A stretch of DNA of 64,000 nt from Macrostomum lignano (lineage: Eukaryota): positions 89,720-153,719 of the forward strand of contig NIVC01001465.1 of NCBI GenBank assembly GCA_002269645.1, read 5' to 3'. Position numbers and translations under genes: made by a program. The notes under the pieces were generated by a model. It worked only from the letters and a program-made list of their open reading frames with translations, searched no databases and had not been told where the DNA came from. Positions 48,001 through 61,270 of this stretch are shown one piece after another; positions within the stretch are counted from its first letter, which is position 1, and every line of letters starts with the position of its first letter.

Positions 48001-49776
48001 ATGGAAGGCAGCCAAAAAGCAAGGGCGTGGCCGGGCAGCTGTAGCTGTCACAAGCAGACAGGATTTCAGGATGATGAGATGCGGACGTGAACTAGCTGGC
48101 GCATCAGAGCTAAGTGGAAATGAATTAGCGTGGAAATGGCAGGCAGTGAGCAGCAGTGAGTGGCAGTGTAGAAAATGTCTGAAGAAGAAAGTGAGCCAGA
48201 ACTTAGGCTTGGCTAGAAAGCTTTCCGATCTTCTGCAATCGGCAATCTGATATCTGGCACACGGCCTGCCGGACTCGAGCAGGCAACGCCCAACTGGCTT
48301 CAATTGCACAGGCTGCTCAGGGAGAGAGAGAGAGGACTCTCAGGCAAATCTAACAGCAGAAAAAAACGCCTTACCGACAAACAGCTGGCAGTCAACGTCC
48401 GGGAAGCGGGCCTGCAGCTTGTGCACCAGCTCAATAACCGGGTCGCGTTCGTCTTGAACGCATAGCAACAATTCCAAGTTCGGATATTGCAGAGTGAAGT
48501 GCGACTCCAGATTGCCCTCTAGGAAGGGATCCACGCCCATCAGGGGCTTGATGATTGACACGCCGGGTAGGTCGCCTTTCACGTCTCCGGCCGTCTTCGG
48601 ATGATACAGGTGGCGGCGGCTGCGGGTTCGGGTGCGGTTGCCGCCATGGCGATTGCGGCGTGGCATGGTGCTTCATCATTCGTGGGCATTGGATTTTTTT
48701 TATGATTTCTCGGGTTTCGAACTGGGCGATTGACAGGTGTGGTATTGAGTGACTCTCAGGTTTGGTATTGGGTGACTCTCAGGTGTGGGATAAGGTGTGG
48801 TATTGAGTGACTCTCAGGTTTGGTATTGGGTGACTCTCAGGTGTGGGATAAAGTGTGGGATTGGGTGACTCTCGGGTGTGGTACTCGTATTTGGTGACCC
48901 TCATGTGTGGGATTGGATGACTCTCGGGTGTGGTACTCGTATTTGGTGACCCTCAGGTGTGGTACTCGTATTTGGTGACCCTCAGGTGTGTTACTCATAT
49001 TGAGCAACTCTCAGATGTGGTGTTAGGCGATTCTCAGGCTTTTTGGTTTTGAGACCATTGGGAACTTGGCAGGTGTGGAAATGGGCAATTTGCAGATGTG
49101 AAAATTTAATTTGGGTGGGGTTGCTTAAACACTTCAGTCGTTTGTACGAGTACATTTTTGTTTTATATGTATGTGCTCAAATAACTATTATCTATCAGCC
49201 ATTCAAGCAGGCTTAGCTTACACTGTCTAGTTACTTCGTATAAGACGCATAGGGTGCAATAAGTAACTGTTGAAAAGTATTGTTAGCTAACAGTGCAACA
49301 GTTTCCGATATGCCAATGAGAAATCCCTATTTTCCTAACTAATACTCGTATAAGCATATACGCAGGGGATCAGGGTCCAGAGGCTGGCGGCGAGATTAAT
49401 TGGGAAAAATGAAATGGCAAGCGAGGAAGTCCAGTTGCTCGACTTTTTCAAGAGAAGCTGCCTCAAACAGGACTGTGATGAATTGTATCCAATACTACTC
49501 GGTCTCTGGCCACAGCTCAAGGCGCTTATAACACTGCCCAACTCTCTGCTCAAAGTTCACCAGGGGGCTCTTTGACACTGCTGCAAATTCTGAAGCCACG
49601 GCCGAGACCAGCAGTTATGCCAGCCTACTGGCCCTACCAACTTACCAAGTGTACCAGGCTAGGGCAAAGAAGAGCATCTGGAATATCCAAATCACCAGCG
49701 GCAGCACCGCCAAAATGAACAAAATGTAGGCGATTGTGATTTCGTCCATGATTTCACCCAGCCAACTGGCTACCAT
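45080..49776 (-). CDS. UGCG: Ceramide glucosyltransferase-like (GT21), 416 aa; exons 49646-49776, 48375-48619, 46940-47388, 45080-45505
   Basis: N-terminal TM; LPGVSIIKPLMGVDP, LLCVQD, TGMSYLVRK, LAEDYF, RMVRW, EPLTEC, C-terminal V.WG..YR. All introns GT-AG in phase. Confidence 0.93.
45790..46790. repeat. 38-bp intronic minisatellite (GGTATGGTCTTAGTCCAGGTAGCTAAAGGTCCTTGGCG)
   Basis: Fills UGCG intron 3. Confidence 0.9.
47445..47695. repeat. 18-bp intronic minisatellite (GGCGATGATCCTAAT-type)
   Basis: UGCG intron 2. Confidence 0.9.
48720..49030. repeat. Degenerate intronic minisatellite (GTGACTCTCAGGTGTGG)
   Basis: UGCG intron 1. Confidence 0.8.
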
Positions 49777-50989
49777 GCCGCATCAAGTGCAAATTGTGAT
49801 AAATTCTTAATCATTTAGCTAATCTTGTAGGGCAATTATTATAATGATGTCTTGCTTATAGTAGTGTTGTGAATCTGATAGACAAATTGACAGCTTGTTA
49901 AACAAATTAAATTGCATGTTCCAATTATAAAACATTCCAACAAAAATAAATAGCATTTTAAGTCAATGAATTTTGCTGTAATATAAATATGATATAATTT
50001 TCTGTTTTTATTTAACATTTTATCTAAGTAAAACAATGGTTATTAGCTATAATGTCACTAATGCTTACTACATATATGCTTTGATATCAATTGAATAATT
50101 TATGATATTATAATACAGCTTTTTGAAGCCCATTTGGGCTTATGCGCATTGAATTTAATCCAATTAAAACTTGGCATATATTTATTTATATTAGAAGGAT
50201 AATAGAATGTTCAATTTTTTTATTTAGTTTTATATTTATTATTATCTATGTTGCAATACATTTTTATCTACCTATTCATTGATTAATTGATATCAAAGTA
50301 ATAAGTGTCTAGGTCCCAATTAAAAATAAAAATATTAGGTAATTTTTTCATATTTACTTTACATACAAGGTTACCTTCCTTTTTAGTCTAATTTACTATT
50401 TTTAAACTAATAAATGGTTTATATTAATGTAGATTCAATTGTAATACAAGCATGTATACAAATTTTTTCTTAGAAGTCAAATATTACTGAAGACTACATT
50501 TTTTTGCTTTAATAGTCCTTGAAACTTTGAGTTATAAAAACATATAGTGTTTCATTAATGGCTTTTTATAATGAGTATTTTGGATCCAAAATTACAAACT
50601 CTGGGCAGTCTGGGGGAATGAGTGAGTAAGTTGCAGAAACAATAGAAAGGCAAACAAACTTCACATGCTTACAGTCTCTGTTCTTATTGAGTTACAGAGT
50701 TGAATCTTTACATTTAGACAGATAATGAGTCAATGAATAATTGTGTCAAGTTTGAAGTCAATTGCTTTATGTGGAGCAAACTTGTGGCAGGCAAAAGTTA
50801 GTCAATTTTACAAGGTCCCCTTTTATGCATCTAGGCCCAGATTGAAAGAGGCAGGCAGAAGTTGGGGTGGCTACCTTGCTCATAAAAAACAGCCTAACTT
50901 TAAAAGTGCACAACACTATTCAGGATTGACTCTGAGACTAAATTTAATATGATTGTTTCAAAATAGTTGAAGATTGTTTGTGTGGAATT

Positions 50990-51143
50990 TGAAGACAATT
51001 GGTAAAAGTAAAGCAGTGTGAATTGAGGGTGGGTGCAAAATTTGCTATAATTTGGTTGAGTGGTTTGGGAGTCCATAGCAAAGTAATTTGTACACACACA
51101 CACACATATATATATACAGAGTTTTGATTTTCATAGGTAGAGA
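50990..51143 (-). mobile_element. Non-autonomous Helitron-like element, copy 1
   Basis: A|TCTCTACCTATGAAAATCAAAACTCTGT-(TG)n-CTATGGACTCCCAAACC; homologous to the 57238 copy. Confidence 0.55.
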
Positions 51144-51854
51144 TAAAAAAGCCAAAAAAATTTTTGGACAAAGAAATTTGTTATGTAAAAAGTATCATTG
51201 ATATACATTCATTATTAACCTTAAATCATAGGCCCTTGGGTCTTGAAGCTTAGGATACTTAGGATAATAGGATACTTTACTAACATATTTAGAGGTCTAA
51301 TTAAAATTTTTAATTGAGATACCAAAGGCAAACTATGCCTAGGATATTAAAATAATAGCCATTCTGTTTTTTTGCTACAAAATATTAAATACAAAATTAC
51401 CCATTGATATTATGAGTTTATAGTAAGATAATAATAAAATAACAAACATAATTTAACAATAGATAATCAGAGCTAAAAACTGTTAGAAGTATGATTTATG
51501 ACATAAGGTATACCCATCTAAAAAAATTCAATACATTTTTTCTAAGCATTGATCTTTTGTTTAAATTTAATTATCAAGTTGTTAATTATCTATGGTATTA
51601 AATATAAATTGTAGCTAAATAAAAAACTATTTGATTAAAAAAATAATCATCTATTAAAATATACTATATTTAGTCTTTAGACATGTCTTGCAATATCTCA
51701 TGATTTTAAAATATAAGCTTTGTATAATATACTTAGCATTAGTCAAAAGTTATACCTTCTAATGACCAAGCAAGATAATTTTTCTTATTTATTGGGTTTG
51801 TGAGTGATGCAACTTATTTATGCATAAAGCTTATTGCCATGTGGGGATTGTCTG

Positions 51855-52175
51855 GATGACAACATGCTACCATACTAAGCCAATGCTGTAATGCTGTTAG
51901 TCATCTAAAAGAATAGCTATACAGCTGCACACTCTATGCTGGGTTTCCTTGTTCCTATACATAAATCCCATCAAGCTATTAAGCATGTTTAGGACTTCTT
52001 AAAATATAGCATATAAAAAGAGAATCCACCACAGAATATTGCAAAGCTGTATCATGTCATTGAAAATGCTTGGCAATAGCTTTCCCAAGACTTTTTGCAG
52101 TCTCATCAACCTTGGGATGCCCAGTAGAGTCATTACACTTTTGCATGCAAGGGGATCCTATAAATGCTACTAAGA
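51855..52175 (+). pseudogene. Heavily decayed Tc1 transposase C-terminus
   Basis: DDN..., INPIK (for LNPIE), KENPPQN, NAWQ, MPSRV..ARG..Y*; many stops. Confidence 0.5.
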
Positions 52176-53989
52176 AGTATGATTCTAACTATATATTGTA
52201 TAAAAATAATTTATTTTGTGCAACTGATATTTATTATTGATTCAATAAACTTTCCCTTTCCTTGCAGGCAGCTTAATTGCATAACTTGAGGATAGAATTG
52301 TGAATAAAAAATGAGAAACTTTTCATCTCACTTTAAGGATAGAACTTTTGACTATTGCTAAGTATAGGCCTATAACTTTTCTTAATTTCTAGTAGACAAA
52401 AGCAATAGACAAAATAACCATTCATAGGTTTATACTTAGACACATAAAACAATTGTAGCAAATTAGGCTTAGGATAGGAATCAATACAATTTATACCTGC
52501 CTAGGTCTAGGTCACCATGGCATAGGGTATAGTCAAGGCTGCTAAAGCTTTGACAGAGTACTAGGCCTAGTGCTAGCAATTTTGTCAACTGATACTAATA
52601 TAATTACTTAATTAGTCCAATAATGTCTAACCTGCATCTATGCCATTGGAGGCGGAGCCACTATAAGAGGTCTTGTTATGAACATAGTGGCTGTAGACAG
52701 TTACTATAGACTAATTTTAAAAAACCATCAATTTAGTTAAGCTCCTCTAAATCTATGTTTTGTAACTTTTATAAGGTCAAAATGAATTTGATTTAGTCTT
52801 TATAACTTTGAAAAGATATGAGTAATTAAATAAGAACAATATAAATAAATACAACAAATTAGGCCCTATTGCTACATATCATTGAGAACTATGAGGGATG
52901 TCAGATGCTTAGTTATCTTGCTAGTTGCTGCTAATTGACATTGCGAATACAGGCATGAATGAGTCTTTGCTTGTCTTGCATAGAGATAGTGACTTACCAA
53001 ATATGCTTGCAGCTACTGCTATGATGACTAAATAAAATTCATTCTAATTAAAATCAAGCCATAGAAAGGTTTAAATGTGGCACTTGACTAAATCAATTTC
53101 ATTTCTTTATTATAGGCCTAATTTTTGCCCTATGCTAAGTTAGCATATGGGAATTATCATTGCTAACCCTGAGTGCTAACTAAATCAAACTCACTTTTCT
53201 AGGAATAAACTGGCCAGACTAAATAAGCTTCACATATGTCCAATTTTTTAAAAGGTAATGTAACAACAATATCAAAATAACAATAATAATAGCTAATAAA
53301 TATAAAAATACCTAGAACTAATAAAAACATTCTAATCTATTTAAATGCCAAATTGCCAATTTAATAACTTTTAGCTATACATTGTTGCCAGATGGATTGT
53401 CACTGTTTTGACTGTTGCTAGATTGTCTGTTGCAGGATTTTTCTGTAACCAGATTGACTAAATAGGCCCTACAGTCACTTGGCAAGTTGGCACCTTGACT
53501 TTGAGTTGAGGCCTAAGGGCTTGATAGGTGAGTTGACATAATAAATAATAGGGCTGAACAATTTTTTTAGTTCATGGGTGCTTAATACTAATTATAGGGG
53601 TTTATGGAATTTTCATCAACTTTTTTTGTCAACTTGGTTGTTGAATGTTCCAACCCTCATTTCTGCAGTTGACAAATATTCTGAATCTTTTCGTGCCTGT
53701 TGATGAAAGTTCCACAGCCAGATTGAAGGCATCGGAGAACTGCCTTTGTGCATGATTTATTGCGTACGCTATATTGCATATTCAGCATGTGTTGATTACC
53801 ATTGTGCGATGTTGTTGTGTGTTACAATCTGAGCATGAACTAGCTAGCAGATGTACATGACTCGCGAGTTGGCACATGAACACTGAACAGTGTGCACTAT
53901 GCAGTTTCGACACAATTTAGAGAAAATGTGTTAGGTGCCACTGATTTGTGGAGTATATATCTACTTGTACACACTTTTTGTTTTGCTGT

Positions 53990-55060
53990 TACTCGCACAG
54001 AATGAACAACAATATTGATAACTGTGTTGTGTGCCAAGAGGCTATGCACCTGCTGCAAGAAGGTTTGCAGTGCAATCAATGCAAAAAGTGGCAGCATTGT
54101 GCGTGCCAAAGTGGTGTTAGTCGCCAACAGTATCGCCATTTGTAGTAGCTAGAAAGTTTCAAGTTTAGCTGCAGCTTTTGTTGGAAAGAGCTGCAGGAAT
54201 AACCTAAACAACCAATTGTGCTGCCTGCACCAGCTATCCAGCAGCTGCAGCAGCCAGCAGTGCCAGCTGTCCAATAGCCGCAGCAGTCAGTAGTGCTAGC
54301 TGTCTAGCAGCCATAGCAACCAACAGTGCTGGCTGTCCAGCAGCCGTAGCAGTCAACAGTGCCGGCTATCTAGCAGCTGCAGCAGCCAGCAGTGCCGGCT
54401 GTCCAGCAGCCGCAACAGCCAATAATGCTGGCTGTCTAGCAGCTGCAGCAGCCAGCAGTGCCAGGAGTCTAAAAGCTAGGCTTTTCAGAAGAGCTTTAAG
54501 CAGCTAACATAGGCGTAGGCCCAATTGCGGAGCCTTTGCAACTTCAAGAAGTGTCATTTGCCGACCCATAGCCACAGCCAATGAAGTAGCCAGCTGCCCC
54601 GGAAATGGATTCCTTCCGCATCATCCCAAGTGCATCAACAAAAGGAAAAGACATTCTTTTACACAGCATCAATAACCAGGAATTTGTCCTAGGCTTCAAT
54701 GTAGCAAAGCAGGACACGCGATACTGGAGATGCACCAGCTGTAGTGCAGGTTTGCAATGCCTAGGCACGGCAATACAGAAGACAAATGGGACAATTATGA
54801 GAGGACAGGCAGCGCACACTTGCGCTCCATGAATTCTTGAAGGGGAGAAGCCGAAGCTGGTCTCCGAGATAAAATATGAAGCTAAGCGTCATTGGTTTTG
54901 CCCAGCAGCAGCGATCATCGAAGAGAAACTTCAACAGAGCGAAGCACGAATGGCACCTCAGGTGCCAAATGTGAGCACATTAGTGTGCATTGCGAACAAG
55001 GGACGCGAAGCTGATAGACCAGTGCACCCGCAGAATGCAGATCTGACATTCAAAATTTCT
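53990..55060 (+). pseudogene. Mutator/MULE-type transposase relic: PHD finger + FLYWCH-like + linker, truncated before the DDE core
   Basis: CVVC..CNQCKKWQHCAC..CSFC; RYWRCT..C.GT..HTCAP; ANKGREADRPVHPQNADLTF; multiple stops. Confidence 0.6.
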
Positions 55061-56391
55061 TAAGGCCTAGTTATAATTTTCAATTATGCGTCTGGCGTCT
55101 AGACCTAGTGGTACCCAATTCATTACAGTCCATTTTCATTATCTTAGGGTCTATCTTCCTATCATTTATCATTAATCATTATTAGAGGCCTAGGCCTACT
55201 AGATTGCCGCCTAGTTTTACTATCACAGGAGGCAGTCATTATAAGTGGCCAATAAAAAATTAGTAACAAGGTAACTAGTTGCTTCGGCAAAGTATTACTT
55301 CGATAACAGATGACAGTATATAGAGGCCGATAACTTCCTACTCGAAGTATATAGACCCGCCGCCGCGCGCCGTAATTAAAATTTTCTAGAACATAATGAC
55401 TAATTCAAATTTGTAGTTTTTAGTAATTAAAACAAATAATAATACACAAAATGTAAAAACATTTTAGAATAAGTAAAAAATATCAATATCTTAGTCTAAC
55501 GGATGTGCCACAACAATTTTTAGCCTATAAAAATTATTTGACGCAGACAGCATTTTAATTTTAAAATCACTACACTTTGCATTTTTATTCCGCATTAGAA
55601 ATATCAACAACCGTAATGCCTATAACTATTGGCTATATCAATAATCATGGTCATGGAAGATGATTTCCTGTGTAGGATTGTGCAATCAAGTGTAGGATTG
55701 CCTTAATAACTTTAATTCCAATACCATGGGGCCAATAGGCCTTATTGTCATTGATCGATAAGTTGTAGACTTTAATTTAATAACAACTGATTGGCCTTCG
55801 CTTCATGGAATCTTTATTAATATAATATTATGCCTATGAAAATTGTAAAACAAATTGGCAATTTTTTAATGCGTGATTTAATAATGTATCAGTATGATAA
55901 AACATTGACTAGGCCTAGACATTTATTAGGCCTAGTAAAGTAAAGTTAAGCCTAGCCTGCTATTCTAATTCATGTAACTATGTCTATAGTAATAGTATAG
56001 TCTTTGTGGCCCACTCCTAAATCTTACACATGCCAGAAAAATTGGCTTTTGTCGAAGTCGTGATATTTGAAATTGTTATATGCAAGTTACGAGAAAAACA
56101 ACTAGGCCTAAATTATCTAAATTGTCATCATCTCTGCATTTAGACAATGCTAGATAGATTCATTAAATTGTAATAGCCTATTGTTATTATGTTTCATTGG
56201 CTAAGCCTACACAAGGATCTTGGCTCTTATAGCAGCAACATATTCTTATTTGCCAACAAATGATTTTCAACTTTAAATCCCTATTGCAGCGCATGGCTTA
56301 AGTACGCCAGACGCCTACACAACCTGCGCCACGCTGTGAAATGACTTACCTGTGAAAGAAACCCTAAAGCAAAATTAACGGTGTGTGGATT

Positions 56392-56462
56392 GGGTAAACG
56401 GCAGGAGTAACTATGACTGTCTTATCAAGCCTAAATGCCTCGGCATCTAATTAGTACCGCGC
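56392..56462 (+). pseudogene. ~70-bp fragment of 28S rRNA covering the R2/I-PpoI target region
   Basis: GGGTAAACGGCAGGAGTAACTATGACTGTCTTATCAAGCCTAAATGCCTCGGCATCTAATTAGT vs recalled 28S GGGTAAACGGCGGGAGTAACTATGACTCTCTTAAGGTAGCCAAATGCCTCGTCATCTAATTAGT. Confidence 0.8.
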
Positions 56463-57237
56463 CACGCCGTACTAATCGCCGCGCGCCGTACGCGCCGCGC
56501 CGCGCCGTATTAGATCCGCGCCGGACGCCATCCGCCAAAATGCCCATGCGCTGCAATCAGGCTTTAAATTACATTTTTACCATCTACTTAAAAGATGCAA
56601 TGCAAGGCCTTGCCCTTGGACTAATTCCTATATTAAAGTTAATAGTCTATTCTGAATATTCAAGGTTTAACTAGGAATGAATGCTAGAAAGATTGCATTA
56701 TAATAGTTTAATAAGATAACTCTATAATTAGAAATTAGAAGCAAATAAAAGTTATAGATTAGTTAAATCATCATAATTTTATGACAATTAAGAATATAAT
56801 AATTTCAACCAAACCTGAAAACTTTGCCTTTGATATATTGATATATGATAAAAAAAATTGGCTCAAAGTATCTGGTATATAAAATAATCCTCTAGAAAAT
56901 TATACTACAGAGCTAGAGTATAATATAGCTAGGGCCTATTGTATTGCCATATAAAAAACCAAAATTTTGTAATGCAAAAAAGATTCTGTAGTCCTGCCTA
57001 TATTGTTGCAATGCAAAAAGATCATTTATTGTTGCAATGCCTTTTTGATAATTTCTAAACATATATAGGCTTAACACAAGTAAATTTGTTTTTTTTGGCA
57101 TAAACAATAGTCCTAAACTTGAATTTATAGTGTAAATATAGGGGTCACTTTTGGCATACCATATATTAGATTTAAGAGTATGGCTTTGTGGGAAAGTTAT
57201 TTTATTCTATTTGATTTCTAGGCCTCTCTACTACTTA

Positions 57238-57495
57238 TCTATACCTATAAAAATCAAAACTCTGTCTGTGTGTGTGTGGACATTTTTGATCACTATGGAC
57301 TCCCAAACCGCTCAACCAAATTACACCAAATTTTACACCCACCCTAAACTCACTACAGAGAATGTCTTAGGCTACCTTTAAATTTCTTAAAATGGAAAAT
57401 GGATGGCAATTGGCAAATCGAGGGAATCCAGCATGGTTTGTAAAAGCTAAAGATTTATGAAAAGGCGAAGCGATGCAATGCAATACAACCCTACT
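57238..57495 (+). mobile_element. Non-autonomous Helitron-like element, copy 2
   Basis: A|TCTATACCTATAAAAATCAAAACTCTGTC(TG)n..CTATGGACTCCCAAACCGCTCAACCAAATT; degenerate GGCGAAGC near the end. Confidence 0.55.
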
Positions 57496-57732
57496 AAATT
57501 AGGCACACCAGGGAAATTTTAGGTTTCTTTTAAAGGTACCCCTGGTACTGTGTAAATTTTAAATGGCCTCCTAAGAAATGCATATTTCCTTGGTTTTTAG
57601 ACTGATGCAGACTGCAGTGGAGCTGAAGATATACAAATTCCTTTCAGGGCTGCAAATTGGCAAGAAAGATGACGTGATCAAAGCATGAGAACAACCATGA
57701 GAGTACTACGTCCCACAAACTGGCTTTCCAAG

Positions 57733-58483
57733 CAGGGATGGGCAGACTTTTACCTCAAAGGCCAGATAAAGAATCCAGCTCATAGCTGAGGGGAAGATGA
57801 AAGTGGAAAGAAGAAGGAATAGACGATTCAAAGAGAGGAGAGGCGACAGAGGGGATAAAAGAAAAGATAAAAGATAATAGGAGAGATGAGGGGGTGAGGA
57901 CAATGAGAGAGAGGGGAGAAGAAGGGAGAGAGGAAAAGCGAGAGGAGAGAGTAGAGATGAGAGAGCAGAGAGCTGCAGATGAGAGGAGAGAGGAGACAGC
58001 AGAGAGGAGAGCAGAGAGGAAACAGGTGAAAGAAGAGATGAGAGAGTAAAGGGAAGAGAGAAGAGATAAAGATACATCTATACATCTCTAAGGTTCTAGA
58101 GATGAGAGAGGTGGAAGGAGAGATAAGAGATAACGGAAAGAGGAGAGTGGAGTGAGAGAAGAGGGAGACAGAGTATAGAAAAGGGAAGAGAAGAGAAAAG
58201 GAGAAAGGAAAGTGAGGAGTCAAAAGAGGGGAAAGAAAAGAGTACAGAGGAGAGAGGTAAGAGAACATATAAGACAGAGATGCCAGATTAAAGAGGGGGG
58301 ATGAGAGAGCAGAGACGAGAGTGAACAGATAAAAGATGGGAGAGTAGAGAGAACAGAGGAGAGGTTACAGAGACGAGAGGAGAGAGGAGAGACAAAGGTA
58401 GAGAAGTGAGTGAGGAGAGAGGAGAGGAAAGAGAATGGAGAGGGGAGAGAGTAGAGAGAGAAGGAGAGATAAGAGAGAAAGAC

Positions 58484-58567
<84 letters not shown>

Positions 58568-58905
58568 CAGAGAGGGGAGCAGAGAGAAATGAGAAGAGAT
58601 AAGAGATAAAAGATAAAAAAAGAGAAAGGAATGATGAGAGAGCAAAGACAAGAGAGAAAAGAGGTGAGGGAAGAGACGAGAGAAGAGGGGAGAGATGAGA
58701 GAGGAGAAAGGAGAGGAGAAAGAAACGAAGAGACAAGAGATGAGATAAGAGAGATGAAAGAGAAGAGAGATAAGGGAAGATACGAGAGGAGAGAGGAGAG
58801 ACAAGGGACGAGAGAGATGAGAGGAAACAAAGAGACGATAGAAATTTTAAAGGATCCAAGGGACGTAGGGAGAGTCATGGAGAGACCAGAGTTTAGCAAT
58901 ATATG
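57733..58905 (-). mobile_element. Second, older copy of the hAT-type element with an internal GA-rich tract
   Basis: CAGGGATGGGCAGACTTTTACCTCAAAGGCCAGATAAAGAATCCAGCTC matches the reverse complement of 23275-23330; TCCAAGG and GAGACCAGAGTT match the other end weakly. Confidence 0.6.
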
Positions 58906-59144
58906 TTTTAGAGACAGACAGACATTGCCTGACATTCTGCGCAGTACCCCAGCCAACAATGTCTCAAACCCTAATTTTACACGAATGTGCTCCATTTTAT
59001 GTCTACCTCTATCCTACTAACTATTAACAAGTTTTTGTTTGTGTATGGCCTTAGATTTCAGAATACATGCAAAAGTAGTTCCGGGTATTGGAATTCCTCG
59101 GGTTCAAAATCCGCGGGTTTCAATAGCTTGTATATTACATATGT

Positions 59145-60520
59145 ACTTACTACTTACTACTGACGGGGGGCGCAGGCGCCGCGAATAGGCCGCGAGGCCC
59201 CTATCGCAACCCCAAGGTAAAAGAGCACAAGGATTAGCCTTGGGGTGCGCCCAGTCCCCGCCAGTAGTCGGCAGGTCCGCAGTGGAGGCATCGGCGACCC
59301 TCATCCGGCCGGAGTCCCGGACGAAGGCGCGGAGGTCTCGGATATTGTCCGCGGCGGTCAGCTCGTCCATCCGCTGGGGGTGGCCGAGGTATTTGTGCCG
59401 CGCCTTGTTGAAGTAAGGGCAGAAGGTGACGTGATGCTCCGCGGTCTCCTCTCCTATGCCACAGAAGGGACAGGTGGGAGGGCAACCGGTTTGCAACGAT
59501 ATATGTCTCTGGAAGAATCCGTGGCCGGTTAGGACCATGCACATCTCCCTGAGGTCGGTTCTGTTAAGCGAAATCAGATAATCAGAGACTTTCCTGTTCA
59601 GGTTAGGCATGGTAGAGCGGCTCTGCCTGTACTCGGTGCAGCTGTTCCAGTGGAGCTGGTGCTGCTGATGGAGCCACCTGTTGATATGGCGGGTGACTTG
59701 CGACCTGGGGGTGGGTAGCCTCATCAGACGGTGGTTGCCGTCTGGGTTGCTGCCCTCCTTGGCGAGAGAGTCCGCGAGCTTGTTGCCCAGGATGTTGCTG
59801 TGACCAGGTGTCCAGATAATTCTAATCCTGTTAAGGACTGAGAGAGATTGCACACTGCGGTGGCATTGAGATACTGTAGCAGCGGAGATATTCTCAGTGG
59901 TTAAGGCCTTAATAGCAGCTTGGCTATCAGTGTAGAAATTAATGTCAAAATTATTAATGTTCGCCTGAAACAGTTGCTGGGCACACTGCTCAATGGCGCA
60001 AATTTCAGCTTGGAAAACTGAGGTGTTCTCACCGAGGTGCAGACTTTCCTGGAGAAGCATCTTACCCTCGTGGAAAATGGCAATACCCGCTCCAGCGCGG
60101 CCGTTGAACAGCGAGCCGTCGGTGAAGCAGTGAATGCCCTGGCTGCGCCGGTTCACACCGACATCCAGCGGAATGTTGTCTCGGCCAGGGATGGCGGTCT
60201 TGAAGCCCCTCCTGATGTTGAGGGCGGGAGGTCGACTATCCACATTGCCCAGGTCCATGTGGATGTTGTTAAGGTCGCGGCGGACAAAGTCCATATGCGG
60301 GATTAATGTTTTCATTGGCATAAAGCCAGAGGGCGCGTTATTTAACGTTTTATCTCTGATAAGCCGGGAGGCAGACTTCATAGCCTCCGCCCTAATAAAT
60401 AGGTGAAGCGGAGGTAGGTTAAGGATAGTGTTCAGCCCCTCGTAAGGGGTGGACGGGTACGCACCTGTGATGGCACGGCAAATGCTGCCCTGAAGCTGGT
60501 ACAGCCGCTGACGGGCGGCC
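59145..60520 (-). mobile_element. 5'-truncated copy of the LOA element (RNase H + 3' UTR)
   Basis: Only ~4 substitutions and 2 G-run indels vs 31516-32890; TSD ATATTACATATGT (59132-44, 60521-33). Confidence 0.95.
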
Positions 60521-61270
60521 ATATTACATATGTAACATATCCTAATATTTTCTTTTGTAACCAATGGCCATTATCATGCCATGGATAGCAATAAGCAAAG
60601 ATTGGCCCTTCTCTCTTAGAAATATAAGTAGGCATATCAAAGGAAAAGGCTAGCCATATTTAAGATTTATGTCATTTGTCCTAGAAATTTCTGGTATACA
60701 CTTGGCCAACCATTTTTTTGAACAATTGTAATTATATACCTAAATTTTAGTAGTATGCATTATATAATACATATACATTTTTTAAAGCTAGAAAATGAAA
60801 AGGCTATGCTAAAGGCAGCCAAACCACTATACTTTGTACTAGGGATTGATTGTTATTATGGTCATAATCACAAAAACAGTGATCACAAGGAAAAAATCAT
60901 ATATGGTCTTTTGCTAATCATAATTTGTGATTTTCATGAATTACTTTTTTAAGTCATTGTATAATATACTATAAAGTACTGATAACAATAATTAACCTTT
61001 CTAAGCATTAGAGTTAGTAAATACAACTATAATAAGCAAAATAAGTATAAAAAAGCTAGTGTTCCAACATAAGGAGGGTCTATGTATCGTAGCCATAGCC
61101 ATAAGTAAAACTATGGCTTATTCCAATTCTCCGTATTCCATAGCCATAGGGACCCAATATTACCATAGTTCCATAGTTCCCATAGCCATAGCCGTATTTT
61201 TAACAAAAGTCTAGAAAACAAAATATTTTAAATCAAGAAGATAACCTAGTGCTTAAACAACTAAAAATAA

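Noticed and set aside
56392-56462. Functional rRNA gene
   Set aside because: Only ~70 bp, mutated, with no flanking rDNA.
59104-60564. 486-aa ORF as an independent RNase H gene
   Set aside because: Truncated LOA copy; its termini come from flanking DNA and a G-run indel.
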